Source of the DNA: an uncultured Flavobacterium sp.
GTDB taxonomy: Bacteria; Bacteroidota; Bacteroidia; Flavobacteriales; Flavobacteriaceae
Direction: 5' to 3'
Assembly (NCBI GenBank): GCA_964559365.1
Contig: CAZLGK010000002.1
Span: 238 to 64,237, forward strand
Length of the DNA stretch: 64,000 nt
Below, piece by piece: positions 21,945 to 34,621 of the stretch. Position numbers and translations under genes: made by a program. A model generated the notes under the pieces. That model did no database searches. It had not been told where the DNA came from and worked only from the letters and a program-made list of their open reading frames with translations. Each line of letters begins with the position of its first letter. Position 1 is the stretch's first letter.

Positions 21945-22900
21945 TATCTTTTCTTAATTATATCAACAATTTCTTCGACAATTTCCAATGTCACTTCTGC
22001 CATTTTATTTTTCTTTTCATCAAGACAAGGGTTCACTTCTACAATTTCGATACAGGCAGTTTTTTTGTTTTTAGAAAATTCTATTAATAATTCTTTGGCC
22101 TCATTAGGAGTAATTCCATTTTTAACAGGAGTTCCTGTTCCATAAGAAGTTAAATCTGGATCCATAGAATCGACATCAAAAGAAACATATATAAGATCAC
22201 ATTCTTTTAATTGCTCATTAACGCTATTAACAATAGCATTAACTCCATATTCCCTAACATCTTCAACTTTAAACCATTTTATACCTAATTGTTCTATTAC
22301 TGCAACTTCTTGTTTTTCAACATCTCGAACACCTATATAAACTAAATCTTCTGAATTGACTTTTTTATTTGTAACTCCAACTCCTTTTAATTCTTCCCAT
22401 AATTTAACTGTAATAGCATCTACATCATTTTTTTTATACTCTAAATTATCAATATCCATAACAGAAGCCAATGGCATACCGTGCATATTACCTGAAGGTG
22501 TAGTATAAGGAGTGTGAATATCCGCATGTGCATCAATCCAAACAACGCCAATTCTTTTATCCGGAAAAGCAGATTTAATTCCAGAAATTGTACCTCCTGC
22601 AGAACCATGATCAGCTGCCAAAACTATTGGAAATTCGCCCTGATTTAATATTGTAGAAATGTCTGTATTAAGTTCTTTATATACACTTAATAAACCGTCA
22701 ATTCTTTTTGCAAAAGGATAAACCGTTGGCACATCTAATAATTCATTTACATTTTTAATATTACAAGAAGAGTACTTTTCAAATAGATCACTACCTATTT
22801 TTCTAGCAGCAACTTTTATAGCTTCAGGACCCAAAGAAGCACCTCTAGTCCCGGCTGTAATTTCAGACTTATTAATTATAAAAACAATTTTATTATCCAT
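21944..22900 (-). CDS. rocF: Arginase
   Basis: DHG, WIDAHAD, SGNMHGMP, SFDVDSMDP, VEVNP. Start probably MDNKIV (22900). Confidence 0.9.
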   Translation of the reverse strand: MDNKIVFIINKSEITAGTRGASLGPEAIKVAARKIGSDLFEKYSSCNIKNVNELLDVPTVYPFAKRIDGLLSVYKELNTDISTILNQGEFPIVLAADHGSAGGTISGIKSAFPDKRIGVVWIDAHADIHTPYTTPSGNMHGMPLASVMDIDNLEYKKNDVDAITVKLWEELKGVGVTNKKVNSEDLVYIGVRDVEKQEVAVIEQLGIKWFKVEDVREYGVNAIVNSVNEQLKECDLIYVSFDVDSMDPDLTSYGTGTPVKNGITPNEAKELLIEFSKNKKTACIEIVEVNPCLDEKKNKMAEVTLEIVEEIVDIIKKR

Positions 22901-22946
22901 ATACTTCTTTAATTTAATTGAAAACCAATACATAGTCAATTATTCA

Positions 22947-22954
22947 CAAATATA
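22947..22954 (-). promoter_or_regulatory. -7 element TATATTTG for arginase-ctlX
   Basis: Exact match downstream of the gltA terminator. Confidence 0.65.
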
Positions 22955-22989
22955 ACAAAGCCTTTATTAGAAAAAAACTTCTCACAAAT

Positions 22990-23017
22990 AAAAAATCCCG
23001 ATAAATCGGGATTTTTT
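22990..23017 (-). terminator. Intrinsic terminator of gltA
   Basis: AAAAAATCCCGAT-AA-ATCGGGATTTTTT. Confidence 0.85.
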
Positions 23018-23034
23018 ATATAATAATTTAAAAA

Positions 23035-24318
23035 TTATCTTTTTTCAACAGGAACGAATGGTCTTAAATTTTCTCCCATGTAAACCTGTCTTGGACGACC
23101 AATAGGTTCTTTATTTAATCTCATTTCTTTCCATTGCGCAATCCAACCTGGTAAACGACCTATTGCAAATAAAACTGTATACATTTCAACAGGAATTCCC
23201 ATTGCTCTATAAATAATTCCAGAATAGAAATCTACATTTGGATATAAGCTTCTAGACTTGAAATATTCATCCTCTAAAGCAACTTTTTCTAACTTTTTAG
23301 CAATATCTAATAATGGATCATCAACACCTAATGCAGTTAAAACATCATCCGCTGCTTTTTTAATAATTGTTGCTCTTGGGTCAAAGTTTTTATAAACTCT
23401 ATGACCGAATCCCATTAAACGGAATGGATCTTCTTTATCTTTTGCCTTTAAAACATACTTATCAACATCTCCACCATTATCGTGAATTTCTTGTAACATC
23501 TCTAAAACAGCTTGATTAGCCCCACCGTGTAATGGTCCCCATAATGCAGAAACACCCGCAGAGATAGACGCAAATAAACCGGCGTGAGAAGAACCAACTA
23601 TTCTTACTGTCGATGTAGAACAATTTTGCTCATGATCTGCATGAAGAATAAATAATTTATCTAAAGCTGCAACAACTTTCTGATCCATTTTATATGGTTC
23701 AGTTGGTATCTCAAACATTAAACGCATGAAATTTTCTACATACCCTTTTGTATTATCGTAATAGTTTAAAGGATACCCCATTCTTCTTCTATATGTCCAA
23801 GTTGCAATAACCATGAATTTTCCCATAGTCTTACATACAGCATCATATAATTCATTTTCATTTTCAACATTAACTGGCTTTGGATTAAAAGCAGTTAAAG
23901 CACTTGTTAAAGAAGACAAGACCCCCATTGGATGAGCTGTCTTAGGAAAACCTTCTAAAATAGTTTTCATTTCCTCATTAACTAATGTATACTTTCTTAT
24001 GTCATTTTCAAACTTTTCTAATTGAGTAGCAGTTGGTAATTGACCAAATACTAACAAGTAAGAAACTTCCAAAAAGTTTGATTTATCAGCTAACTCTTCA
24101 ATAGAATAACCTCTATAACGCAATATTCCTTCTTCACCATCTAAAAAAGTAATTTCGCTATTACATGAACCTGTATTTTTATAACCTGGATCAATTGTAA
24201 TTGCATTTGTTGCACCACGCAACTTTCCTATATCGATAGCTACTTCATTTTCAGTCCCAACATAAACCGGGAACTCGTATTTTTTGCCATCTAGCTCTAA
24301 TATTGCAGTTTTTGACAT
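23035..24318 (-). CDS. gltA: Citrate synthase (type II)
   Basis: ILHADHEQNCST, GPLHGGAN, GFGHRVYK, YPNVDFYSG. Confidence 0.98.
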   Translation of the reverse strand: MSKTAILELDGKKYEFPVYVGTENEVAIDIGKLRGATNAITIDPGYKNTGSCNSEITFLDGEEGILRYRGYSIEELADKSNFLEVSYLLVFGQLPTATQLEKFENDIRKYTLVNEEMKTILEGFPKTAHPMGVLSSLTSALTAFNPKPVNVENENELYDAVCKTMGKFMVIATWTYRRRMGYPLNYYDNTKGYVENFMRLMFEIPTEPYKMDQKVVAALDKLFILHADHEQNCSTSTVRIVGSSHAGLFASISAGVSALWGPLHGGANQAVLEMLQEIHDNGGDVDKYVLKAKDKEDPFRLMGFGHRVYKNFDPRATIIKKAADDVLTALGVDDPLLDIAKKLEKVALEDEYFKSRSLYPNVDFYSGIIYRAMGIPVEMYTVLFAIGRLPGWIAQWKEMRLNKEPIGRPRQVYMGENLRPFVPVEKR

Positions 24319-24424
24319 ATTTACTAAATGTTTTGTTTTATTATTTTATGAACATTGCGAATTTAACGAATAATAATTAAATTCTAAAGCAATTATTGCT
24401 AATTTATCGTTAATTTTTTTAAAT

Positions 24425-24458
24425 AAAAAAACCTACCAATATTAAGCTATTAGTAGGT
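24425..24458 (-). terminator. Intrinsic terminator of eno
   Basis: Minus strand ACCTACTAATA-GCTTAA-TATTGGTAGGT followed by T6. Confidence 0.8.
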
Positions 24459-24479
24459 ATAATAAATTTATAAAAAATA

Positions 24480-26895
<2,416 letters not shown>

Positions 26896-26946
26896 AGTGT
26901 GTTGTTGTTGATTGTGCAAATTTAAATTAAAAATTGAAATTATAGT

Positions 26947-26988
26947 ATATAAAAAAAGGATAAACAATTGTTTATCCTTTTTTTATAT
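26947..26988 (-). terminator. Terminator of the alpha operon; perfect 42-bp palindrome
   Basis: ATATAAAAAAAGGATAAACAA|TTGTTTATCCTTTTTTTATAT. Confidence 0.85.
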
Positions 26989-27006
26989 GTAATCAAATAA
27001 TCATGA

Positions 27007-27486
27007 TTATTCTGCAGTATCGGTATTTTCAGAAGAATCAGCAGCAGGCGCTTCAGGAGCAGCATCAGCTTTTTTCTTACCACGACGAGTAGTTTTCTTA
27101 ACTTCTTTTTTACCAGCTGTGTAAATAGTATTAAAATCAACTAATTCGATCATTGCCATATCAGCATTATCTCCTAAACGATTTCCTAACTTTATAATAC
27201 GAGTGTATCCACCTGGACGATCACCAACTTTTGCAGCTACTTCTCTGAATAATTCAGTAACAGCATATTTATCTCTTAATTTAGAGAAAACAATACGTCT
27301 GTTGTGAGTAGTATCTTCTTTTGATTTTGTAACAAGAGGCTCAACAAACATTTTTAAAGCTTTTGCTTTAGCAACTGTTGTATTGATACGCTTATGTTCT
27401 ATTAACGAACAAGCCATATTAGCTAACATAGCCTTTCTGTGACTTGTTTGTCTACTTAAATGATTGAATTTTTTTCCGTGTCTCAT
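27007..27486 (-). CDS. rplQ: 50S ribosomal protein L17
   Basis: [15 protein letters not shown]. Confidence 0.99.
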   Translation of the reverse strand: MRHGKKFNHLSRQTSHRKAMLANMACSLIEHKRINTTVAKAKALKMFVEPLVTKSKEDTTHNRRIVFSKLRDKYAVTELFREVAAKVGDRPGGYTRIIKLGNRLGDNADMAMIELVDFNTIYTAGKKEVKKTTRRGKKKADAAPEAPAADSSENTDTAE

Positions 27487-27501
27487 GACTTACTATTTAA
27501 C

Positions 27502-27542
27502 CCTCATCTTGCTGCAATCCCTATGGAGAGCAAAATATGAGG
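27502..27542 (-). ncRNA. Structured rpoA-rplQ intergenic element (candidate L17 leader)
   Basis: CCTCAT/ATGAGG and TTTGCT/AGCAAG stems enclosing TCC-ATAG-GGA; no U-tract. Confidence 0.5.
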
Positions 27543-27546
27543 TAAT

Positions 27547-28539
27547 TTATTCTTTATCTAATTTATATTTGCTTAAATCCATTCCGAAAGAAAGATTTTT
27601 AGCTGCAACTAATTCATCAAGTTCTGTAAGAGACTTTTTACCAAAGTTTCTGAACTTCATTAAATCATTCTTGTTAAAAGAAACTAAGTCTCCTAAAGTA
27701 TCAACTTCAGCCGCTTTTAAGCAATTTAAAGCTCTAACAGACAGATCCATGTCAACTAATTTAGTTTTCAATAATTGTCTCATGTGTAATGATTCCTCAT
27801 CATATGATTCTGTTTGAGCAATTTCATCAGCCTCAAGTGTAATTCTTTCATCAGAAAACAACATAAAGTGATGAATCAACGTTTTAGCTGCTTCAGTTAA
27901 AGCATCTTTAGGATGAATAGAACCGTCAGTTTGTATTTCAAAAACTAATTTTTCATAATCAGTTTTTTGTTCTACACGGAAATTTTCAATTGAATACTTA
28001 ACATTTTTTACAGGAGTGTAAATAGAGTCAGTATAAATTGTACCTATAGGAGCATTAGCTTTTTTGTTTTCTTCAGCAGGAACATATCCTCTACCTTTTT
28101 CAATAGAAAGTTCCATGTTGATAGTTGTTTTGCTATCTAAATTGCAAATAACTAAATCAGGGTTTAAAACTTGAAAACCAGAGATAAATTTTTGGAAATC
28201 ACCAGCTGTTATTTGCTCTTTATTAGTTAAAGAAATAGAAACAGATTCATTATCAATATCCTCAATTTGTCTTTTAAAACGAACTTGTTTAAGATTTAAG
28301 ATAATTTCAGTTACATCTTCTACAACACCTGAAATAGTAGAGAATTCGTGATCAACTCCTTCAATTCTAACAGATGTAATAGCGTATCCTTCTAAAGAAG
28401 AAAGCAAAACTCTTCTTAATGCATTACCAACAGTCAATCCGTAACCAGGTTCTAAAGGTCTAAATTCGAATTTACCTTCAAAATCGGTTGAATCGATCAT
28501 GATAACTTTATCGGGCTTTTGAAAATTAAATAATGCCAT
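27547..28539 (-). CDS. rpoA: RNA polymerase alpha subunit
   Basis: [32 protein letters not shown]. Confidence 0.99.
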   Translation of the reverse strand: MALFNFQKPDKVIMIDSTDFEGKFEFRPLEPGYGLTVGNALRRVLLSSLEGYAITSVRIEGVDHEFSTISGVVEDVTEIILNLKQVRFKRQIEDIDNESVSISLTNKEQITAGDFQKFISGFQVLNPDLVICNLDSKTTINMELSIEKGRGYVPAEENKKANAPIGTIYTDSIYTPVKNVKYSIENFRVEQKTDYEKLVFEIQTDGSIHPKDALTEAAKTLIHHFMLFSDERITLEADEIAQTESYDEESLHMRQLLKTKLVDMDLSVRALNCLKAAEVDTLGDLVSFNKNDLMKFRNFGKKSLTELDELVAAKNLSFGMDLSKYKLDKE

Positions 28540-28559
28540 AATTCGACTAATGTCAGTTT

Positions 28560-29165
28560 TTATTTGTTATACAACTCAACGATTAGTTGCTCTTTAATGT
28601 TTTCTGGAATTTGCAATCTTTGTGGAACAGCAACATAAGTACCTTCCATAGTATCGTTATTCCAAGTAATCCATTCATAAACTTGAGAAGCATTTGCTAA
28701 AGAATTAGCAATTGACTCAAGAGATTTAGATTTAGCTCTAACAGCAACTTTATCTCCAGCCTTTAAGTGATATGAAGGAACATTTACTAATTCTCCATTA
28801 ACTGTTATGTGTCTATGAGATACTATTTGACGTGCAGCTCTACGAGAAGGAGCAACACCCATTCTGTAAACAACGTTATCTAAACGTGATTCACACAATT
28901 GAAGTAAAATCTCACCTGTTACACCAGAAGCTGCAGCAGCTTTCTTGTATAAGTTTCTGAATTGCTTTTCTAAAATACCATAAGTATATTTAGCTTTTTG
29001 CTTTTCCATTAACTGAACAGCGTATTCAGATTTTTTACCTCTTCTTTTAGCCAAACCATGTTGACCAGGTGGGTAATTTCTTTTTTCGAAGGCTTTGTCT
29101 TCTCCGAATATTGCCTCGCCAAATTTACGAGCAATTTTAGTTTTTGGACCAGTATATCTTGCCAT
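28560..29165 (-). CDS. rpsD: 30S ribosomal protein S4
   Basis: [17 protein letters not shown]. Confidence 0.99.
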   Translation of the reverse strand: MARYTGPKTKIARKFGEAIFGEDKAFEKRNYPPGQHGLAKRRGKKSEYAVQLMEKQKAKYTYGILEKQFRNLYKKAAAASGVTGEILLQLCESRLDNVVYRMGVAPSRRAARQIVSHRHITVNGELVNVPSYHLKAGDKVAVRAKSKSLESIANSLANASQVYEWITWNNDTMEGTYVAVPQRLQIPENIKEQLIVELYNK

Positions 29166-29179
29166 TACAAATTAAATTA

Positions 29180-29236
29180 AGGTAGTGATTATGAATTCAG
29201 GTCTAAATAAATCCTTCGATAATCTTAAACCTACCT
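29180..29236 (-). ncRNA. Ribosomal protein leader upstream of rpsD (S4-Flavobacteria-type r-leader)
   Basis: Nested stems AGGTAG/CTACCT, GATTAT/ATAATC and AGG/CCT in the rpsK-rpsD spacer. Confidence 0.65.
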
Positions 29237-29255
29237 AGGTTATACTAAATTATTA

Positions 29256-29639
29256 TTAAACTCTTCTTCTCTTTGGAGGTCTACATCCATTATGAGGCAT
29301 AGGGGTAACATCAATAATCTCTGTTACTTCAATTCCACTATTGTGAATTGAACGAATAGCAGATTCTCTTCCGTTACCTGGACCTTTAACGTAAACTTTT
29401 ACTTTTTTTAGTCCTGCTTCAAGAGCTACTTTTGAACAATCTTCAGATGCTAATTGTGCTGCATATGGAGTATTCTTTTTAGAACCTCTGAAACCCATTT
29501 TACCAGCTGAAGACCAAGAAATAACCTCACCTTTCTTATTTGTCAAAGAAATAATGATGTTATTAAAAGTAGCACTAACATGAGCTTCTCCAGTAGACTC
29601 AACGATAACTTTACGTTTTTTTGCTGTTGCTTTAGCCAT
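29256..29639 (-). CDS. rpsK: 30S ribosomal protein S11
   Basis: [26 protein letters not shown]. Confidence 0.99.
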   Translation of the reverse strand: MAKATAKKRKVIVESTGEAHVSATFNNIIISLTNKKGEVISWSSAGKMGFRGSKKNTPYAAQLASEDCSKVALEAGLKKVKVYVKGPGNGRESAIRSIHNSGIEVTEIIDVTPMPHNGCRPPKRRRV

Positions 29640-29648
29640 ACTTACTTA

Positions 29649-30023
29649 TTATTTAGTTGCTTTTTTCTTGTTAGCAACAGTTTTTCTTTTACCTTTTCTA
29701 GTTCTAGAGTTATTCTTTGTTCTTTGACCTCTTAATGGAAGCCCAGCTCTATGACGAATACCTCTTTGACATCCAATATCCATTAAACGTTTAATGTTTA
29801 ATTGAATTTCTGAACGTAATTCTCCTTCAATTTTGAAATAGGAAACAGCATCACGAATTCCGCTAATTTCATCATCATTCCAATCTTGAACTTTTTTATC
29901 TTCGCTTACATTAGCTTTAGCTAAAATTTCTTTAGCTCTACTAGCACCTATTCCAAAGATATAGGTTAATGCGATAACTCCTCTTTTTTGTTTAGGTATA
30001 TCTACCCCTGCAATTCTAGCCAT
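29649..30023 (-). CDS. rpsM: 30S ribosomal protein S13
   Basis: [21 protein letters not shown]. Confidence 0.99.
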   Translation of the reverse strand: MARIAGVDIPKQKRGVIALTYIFGIGASRAKEILAKANVSEDKKVQDWNDDEISGIRDAVSYFKIEGELRSEIQLNIKRLMDIGCQRGIRHRAGLPLRGQRTKNNSRTRKGKRKTVANKKKATK

Positions 30024-30025
30024 AA

Positions 30026-30142
30026 TTATCCTTGTCTTTGTTTAAATCTAGGATTCTTTTTGTTAATAACGTATAATCTTCCTTTTCTACGCACTATAAT
30101 GCACTCGGCACTTCTCTTTTTTACTGATGCTCTTACTTTCAT
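30026..30142 (-). CDS. rpmJ: 50S ribosomal protein L36, zinc-independent (C-/ykgO type)
   Basis: Not in ORF track. Manual translation [38 protein letters not shown] (38 aa, single Cys). Confidence 0.97.
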
Positions 30143-30152
30143 TTTAATAGCT

Positions 30153-30368
30153 TTAGTATCTATATGTAATTCTTGCTTTAGACAAATCGTAAGGGCTCAT
30201 TTCAAGTTTTACCTTATCTCCTGGTAATAATTTAATATAATGCATACGCATTTTTCCAGAAATATGAGCGATTACTATATGTCCATTCTCTAACTCAACA
30301 CGAAACATTGCATTTGATAATGCTTCGATTATTGATCCATCTTGTTCTATTGCTGATTGTTTTGCCAT
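30153..30368 (-). CDS. infA: Translation initiation factor IF-1
   Basis: [21 protein letters not shown]. Confidence 0.99.
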   Translation of the reverse strand: MAKQSAIEQDGSIIEALSNAMFRVELENGHIVIAHISGKMRMHYIKLLPGDKVKLEMSPYDLSKARITYRY

Positions 30369-30373
30369 AAATA

Positions 30374-31723
30374 TTAAGCTACTGCCTTTCTATTTTTACC
30401 ACTCTTCATCAAACCATCATAATGTCTATTTAACAAATATGAATTGATTTGTTGAATTGTATCAATTGCAACTCCGACCATAATCAATAAAGATGTTCCT
30501 CCATAAAAATAACCCCAAGCTCCTTGAACACCTAATAAACTAACAACAATAGCTGGTAAAACAGCAATAATAGCTAAAAATAGTGAACCTGGAAATGTGA
30601 TTAAAGACATGATCTTATCTAAGTAATCGCCGGTTTCAACACCAGGACGAAAACCAGGAATAAAACCACCTGATCTCTTTAAATCATCAGCCATTTTATT
30701 TGTTGGTACAGTAATTGCGGTGTAAAAATACGTAAAAATTATTATTAACAAAGCAAATACTATATTATATACTAATCCAAATGGATCATTAAACATTCCT
30801 GCTAATGATTGTGCTGTGTCTGATTCTTTAGCCAAACCAGAAACTGCAGCAGGTATAAACATTATAGCTTGTGCAAATATAATTGGCATTACACCAGATG
30901 CATTAAGCTTTAAAGGAATAAATTGTCTTGACCCTCCCATTGAATCTTCTTCAAATTCTCCAGAAACTGTTCTTCTCGCATATTGCACAGGAACTTTTCT
31001 TAATGCCATAACTAATAAAATACAAGCGATAATTACAACGAACCATAAAATAAGTTCTAGTACAATCATCATTATACCTCCATTAGCTTGAGTTGTTCTA
31101 GAAGTAACTTCTTGAATAAATGACTGAGGCATTCTAGCAATAATACCCACCATAATTAATAATGAGATACCATTACCAATACCTTTATCAGTAATTTTTT
31201 CACCCAACCACATTGCGAATATAGTTCCAGTAACTAAAATAAGCACAGAAATTGATAAGAAAAAGAATGAGAAAAACTCAGGAACAAACGCTTCACTTGG
31301 TAAAGTTGTATTAAGATTATAAATATAACCTGGCGCTTGAACAAGAGTAATAAGGATAGTTAACCATCTTGTTATTTGGTTAATTTTCTTTCTACCACTC
31401 TCACCATCTTTTTGAAGTTTTTGCAAATACGGAACCGCAATTCCCATTAACTGAACAACAATAGATGCTGAGATGTATGGCATAATACCTAATGCAAATA
31501 CAGAAGCCTGCGAAAACGCGCCTCCTGTAAATACATTAATTAACCAACCAATACCTTCGTCAGTTTGATTTGTAAGGTTTCCTAATTGAGTAGCATCAAT
31601 ACCTGGAAGAGTAACCTGAGCACCAAAACGGTACGCAAGTAATATAAGTAAAGTAAAAACTATTTTAGTTCTTAACTCTTCTATTTTCCATACATTGACT
31701 AATGAATCTATAAATTTCTTCAT
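30374..31723 (-). CDS. secY: Preprotein translocase SecY
   Basis: [39 protein letters not shown]. Confidence 0.99.
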   Translation of the reverse strand: MKKFIDSLVNVWKIEELRTKIVFTLLILLAYRFGAQVTLPGIDATQLGNLTNQTDEGIGWLINVFTGGAFSQASVFALGIMPYISASIVVQLMGIAVPYLQKLQKDGESGRKKINQITRWLTILITLVQAPGYIYNLNTTLPSEAFVPEFFSFFFLSISVLILVTGTIFAMWLGEKITDKGIGNGISLLIMVGIIARMPQSFIQEVTSRTTQANGGIMMIVLELILWFVVIIACILLVMALRKVPVQYARRTVSGEFEEDSMGGSRQFIPLKLNASGVMPIIFAQAIMFIPAAVSGLAKESDTAQSLAGMFNDPFGLVYNIVFALLIIIFTYFYTAITVPTNKMADDLKRSGGFIPGFRPGVETGDYLDKIMSLITFPGSLFLAIIAVLPAIVVSLLGVQGAWGYFYGGTSLLIMVGVAIDTIQQINSYLLNRHYDGLMKSGKNRKAVA

Positions 31724-31736
31724 TTTACTAATTAGA

Positions 31737-32189
31737 TTATAAACTTACTACTTCTCCACCAGCAGCCTCAATAGCCGCTTTAGCAGTTGCAGTAAATTTG
31801 TGAGCACTTACCTTTAATTTAGTTTTTAGCTCACCTCTTCCTAAAATCTTTACTAAGCTATTTTTTGTTGCCAAACGAGTTTCAACTAACACTGAGAAAT
31901 CAAGTGTATCAGTTATTACTCCATTATCGACTAACATCTGAATTGTATCAAGATTTATACCTTGATACTCTTTTCTGTTGATATTTTTAAAACCAAACTT
32001 AGGCACACGTCTTTGAAGTGGCATTTGCCCACCTTCAAAACCAATTTTCTTAGAATAACCAGAACGAGATTTTGCTCCTTTGTGACCACGAGATGCAGTA
32101 CCACCTTTACCAGAACCTTCTCCTCTACCTAATCTTTTATTTTGGTTGTGAACTGAACCTTCAGCTGGTTGTAAGTTACTTAAATTCAT
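31737..32189 (-). CDS. rplO: 50S ribosomal protein L15
   Basis: GRGEGSGKG, GFEGGQMPL. Confidence 0.99.
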   Translation of the reverse strand: MNLSNLQPAEGSVHNQNKRLGRGEGSGKGGTASRGHKGAKSRSGYSKKIGFEGGQMPLQRRVPKFGFKNINRKEYQGINLDTIQMLVDNGVITDTLDFSVLVETRLATKNSLVKILGRGELKTKLKVSAHKFTATAKAAIEAAGGEVVSL

Positions 32190-32200
32190 AACGATTGATG

Positions 32201-32383
32201 TTATTTAGTTTCTTCAACAGAAACTAAGTGTTTAACTTTATTTACCATTCCAAGGATAGCAGGATTTGCATCATGCTCAACAACTTGTCCCATTTTACGA
32301 AGACCTAAAGCTTCCAATGTTCTCTTTTGATCAAGAGGACAATTGATTTTACTTCTTACTTGTTTTACTGTAATTTTTGCCAT
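32201..32383 (-). CDS. rpmD: 50S ribosomal protein L30
   Basis: TLEALGLRK, GMVNKVKHLV; spc operon position. Confidence 0.98.
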   Translation of the reverse strand: MAKITVKQVRSKINCPLDQKRTLEALGLRKMGQVVEHDANPAILGMVNKVKHLVSVEETK

Positions 32384-32396
32384 TTTTCCTTGAATT

Positions 32397-32921
32397 TTAA
32401 CCTTTAAATACTTTATCTAGAGAAAGACCTCTTTGTTTTGCAACTGTTGCAGCACTTCTCATTTGTAATAAAGCATCGAAAGTAGCTTTTACAACGTTAT
32501 GAGGATTTGAAGAACCTTGAGATTTTGATAATACATCATGAATCCCTACAGACTCTAATACCGAACGAACAGCACCACCAGCAATAACTCCGGTACCATG
32601 CGATGCAGGCATTAAATTAACTCTAGCTCCACCAAATTTTCCTTTTTGTTCGTGAGGTACAGTATGACCATATAAAGGAATTCTAACTAAGTTTTTCTTA
32701 GCATCTTCTACTGCTTTTGCAATAGCCTCAGATACATCCTTAGATTTTCCTAAACCATGACCTACAACACCGTGTTCATCTCCAACCACAACAATTGCAG
32801 AAAAACCAAATGCTCTACCTCCCTTAGTAACTTTAGTTACACGGTTTACATTAACCAAACGATCTTTTAAATCAAGACCACTTGGTTTAACTAGTTCTAC
32901 GTTTTTATAATTTTGATACAT
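32397..32921 (-). CDS. rpsE: 30S ribosomal protein S5
   Basis: [18 protein letters not shown]. Confidence 0.99.
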   Translation of the reverse strand: MYQNYKNVELVKPSGLDLKDRLVNVNRVTKVTKGGRAFGFSAIVVVGDEHGVVGHGLGKSKDVSEAIAKAVEDAKKNLVRIPLYGHTVPHEQKGKFGGARVNLMPASHGTGVIAGGAVRSVLESVGIHDVLSKSQGSSNPHNVVKATFDALLQMRSAATVAKQRGLSLDKVFKG

Positions 32922-32927
32922 AATTTC

Positions 32928-33278
32928 TTAGAATTTAAGTCCTGCTTCTCTAGCTCCTTCAGCTAATGATTTTACACGTCCATGATATAAATATCCTCCT
33001 CTATCGAAAGATATTGTGTTGATACCAGCTTTAAGTGCTCTTTCAGCAACTAATTTCCCAACTGCACTAGCAGTCTCAATTTTTGTACCTTTTACAACTT
33101 CATTTTCACGTGAAGATGCAGCAACTAGTGTTACACCGTTTACATCGTCTATGACTTGAGCATAGATTTCTTTATTAGATCTAAATACAGAAAGTCTTGG
33201 CTGAGCAGGAGTTCCGCTAACAGTCTTTCTAATTCTGAATTTTATTCTCTGTCTTCTTTCAGTTTTTGTTAATGACAT
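32928..33278 (-). CDS. rplR: 50S ribosomal protein L18
   Basis: [20 protein letters not shown]. Confidence 0.99.
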   Translation of the reverse strand: MSLTKTERRQRIKFRIRKTVSGTPAQPRLSVFRSNKEIYAQVIDDVNGVTLVAASSRENEVVKGTKIETASAVGKLVAERALKAGINTISFDRGGYLYHGRVKSLAEGAREAGLKF

Positions 33279-33289
33279 AGTCTTAATTT

Positions 33290-33832
33290 TTAAGCTGATT
33301 TACCTGCTTTTCTTCTTAATACTTCACCTACAAACTTAACTCCTTTACCTTTGTAAGGTTCTGGTTTACGGAAACCTCTGATTTTAGCAGAAACTTGACC
33401 TAATAATTGTTTGTCAAATGATGATAATTTTACTATTGGATTCTTACCTTTTTCAGATATAGTTTCCACTTGAACTTCTGGTACAATATTTAAAACTATA
33501 TTGTGTGAAAAGCCTAAAGCTAAATCAAGTTTTTGACCTTGATTAGAAGCTCTATAACCTACACCAACTAATTCTAATGATTTTGTAAAACCTTCAGATA
33601 CTCCTATAATCATGTTGTTTATAAGAGAACGATAAAGTCCGTGTTTCGCTCGCTCATTTTTATGATCTGATGAACGCTCAACGATAACATTGTTATCTTC
33701 AATTTTAACCGTAACATCAGAAAATTCTTGAGAAAGCTCGCCTAATTTTCCTTTTACTGTAACAACAGCATCTTTCACTTCTACAGTTACTCCTGCTGGT
33801 ATTGCAATTGGATTTTTACCTATTCTTGACAT
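33290..33832 (-). CDS. rplF: 50S ribosomal protein L6
   Basis: [17 protein letters not shown]. Confidence 0.99.
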   Translation of the reverse strand: MSRIGKNPIAIPAGVTVEVKDAVVTVKGKLGELSQEFSDVTVKIEDNNVIVERSSDHKNERAKHGLYRSLINNMIIGVSEGFTKSLELVGVGYRASNQGQKLDLALGFSHNIVLNIVPEVQVETISEKGKNPIVKLSSFDKQLLGQVSAKIRGFRKPEPYKGKGVKFVGEVLRRKAGKSA

Positions 33833-33847
33833 TCTTTCGTCTTTTTA

Positions 33848-34246
33848 TTAATATACGTAACAAATAACTTCTCCACCAACATTAAGTTGTTTTGCTTGCT
33901 TACCAGTCATTACACCTTTAGATGTAGAAACAATAGCAATACCTAAACCATTTAAGATCCTAGGCAAAGTAGAAGAACCTGAATATTTACGTAAACCTGG
34001 TTTACTAATTCTTTGGATATCCTTGATAACAGACTCTTTAGTCTCTTTATCATATTTAAGAGCAATTTTGATAGTCCCCTGAACAGAGTTGTCTTCAAAT
34101 TTGTAGCTTAAGATATATCCTTGATCGAATAAAATCTTTGTGATTTCTTTTTTAAGATTAGAAGCAGGAATTTCAACCACTTTATGGTTTGCAGCTACTG
34201 CATTTCTAACTCTTGTAAGATAATCGGCAATTGGATCTGTATACAT
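33848..34246 (-). CDS. rpsH: 30S ribosomal protein S8
   Basis: MYTDPIADYLTR, ISKPGLR, STSKG. Start 34246; the ORF-track extension runs through the leader hairpin. Confidence 0.98.
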   Translation of the reverse strand: MYTDPIADYLTRVRNAVAANHKVVEIPASNLKKEITKILFDQGYILSYKFEDNSVQGTIKIALKYDKETKESVIKDIQRISKPGLRKYSGSSTLPRILNGLGIAIVSTSKGVMTGKQAKQLNVGGEVICYVY

Positions 34247-34260
34247 TTGTATAGAATTGC

Positions 34261-34303
34261 GGTTATGGTTTTCGTTTGGCACTCACCAAACGAACCTATA
34301 ACC
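34261..34303 (-). ncRNA. Hairpin leader upstream of rpsH (candidate S8 autoregulatory site)
   Basis: GGTTATAGGTTCGTTTGGT-GAGT-GCCAAACGAAAACCATAACC. Confidence 0.6.
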
Positions 34304-34324
34304 AGTTAATTTTTATTTGGATTG

Positions 34325-34332
34325 CAAAAGTA
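34325..34332 (-). promoter_or_regulatory. Internal -7 element TACTTTTG upstream of rpsH
   Basis: Exact match with TTG 20 nt upstream (34353-34355). Confidence 0.7.
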
Positions 34333-34348
34333 ATAACTTTAAGTGAGA

Positions 34349-34618
34349 TTACCAAGATGCTTTTTTAACACCCGGAATCAAACCTTGATTAGCCATTTCA
34401 CGGAAAGTAACACGTGAAATACCAAACTGACGCATGTAACCTCTTGGCCTTCCAGTTAATTTACAACGATTATGCAAACGTACAGGAGAAGCATTTTTAG
34501 GTAATCTTTGTAATGCATCATAGTCTCCAGCTTTTTTTAAAGCCTCTCTCTTTTCAGCATATTTATCTACAGTTGCTTGTCTTTTAACCTCGCGGGCTTT
34601 CATTGATTCTTTAGCCAT
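34349..34618 (-). CDS. rpsN: 30S ribosomal protein S14 (89-aa, C- type)
   Basis: [22 protein letters not shown]. Confidence 0.99.
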   Translation of the reverse strand: MAKESMKAREVKRQATVDKYAEKREALKKAGDYDALQRLPKNASPVRLHNRCKLTGRPRGYMRQFGISRVTFREMANQGLIPGVKKASW

Positions 34619-34621
34619 ATC

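Noticed and set aside
30026-34618. Zinc-free L36 and S14 in the core operon, and no adk/map between secY and infA
   Set aside because: To my knowledge the ordinary state in Flavobacteriia; adk is present at 60.3 kb
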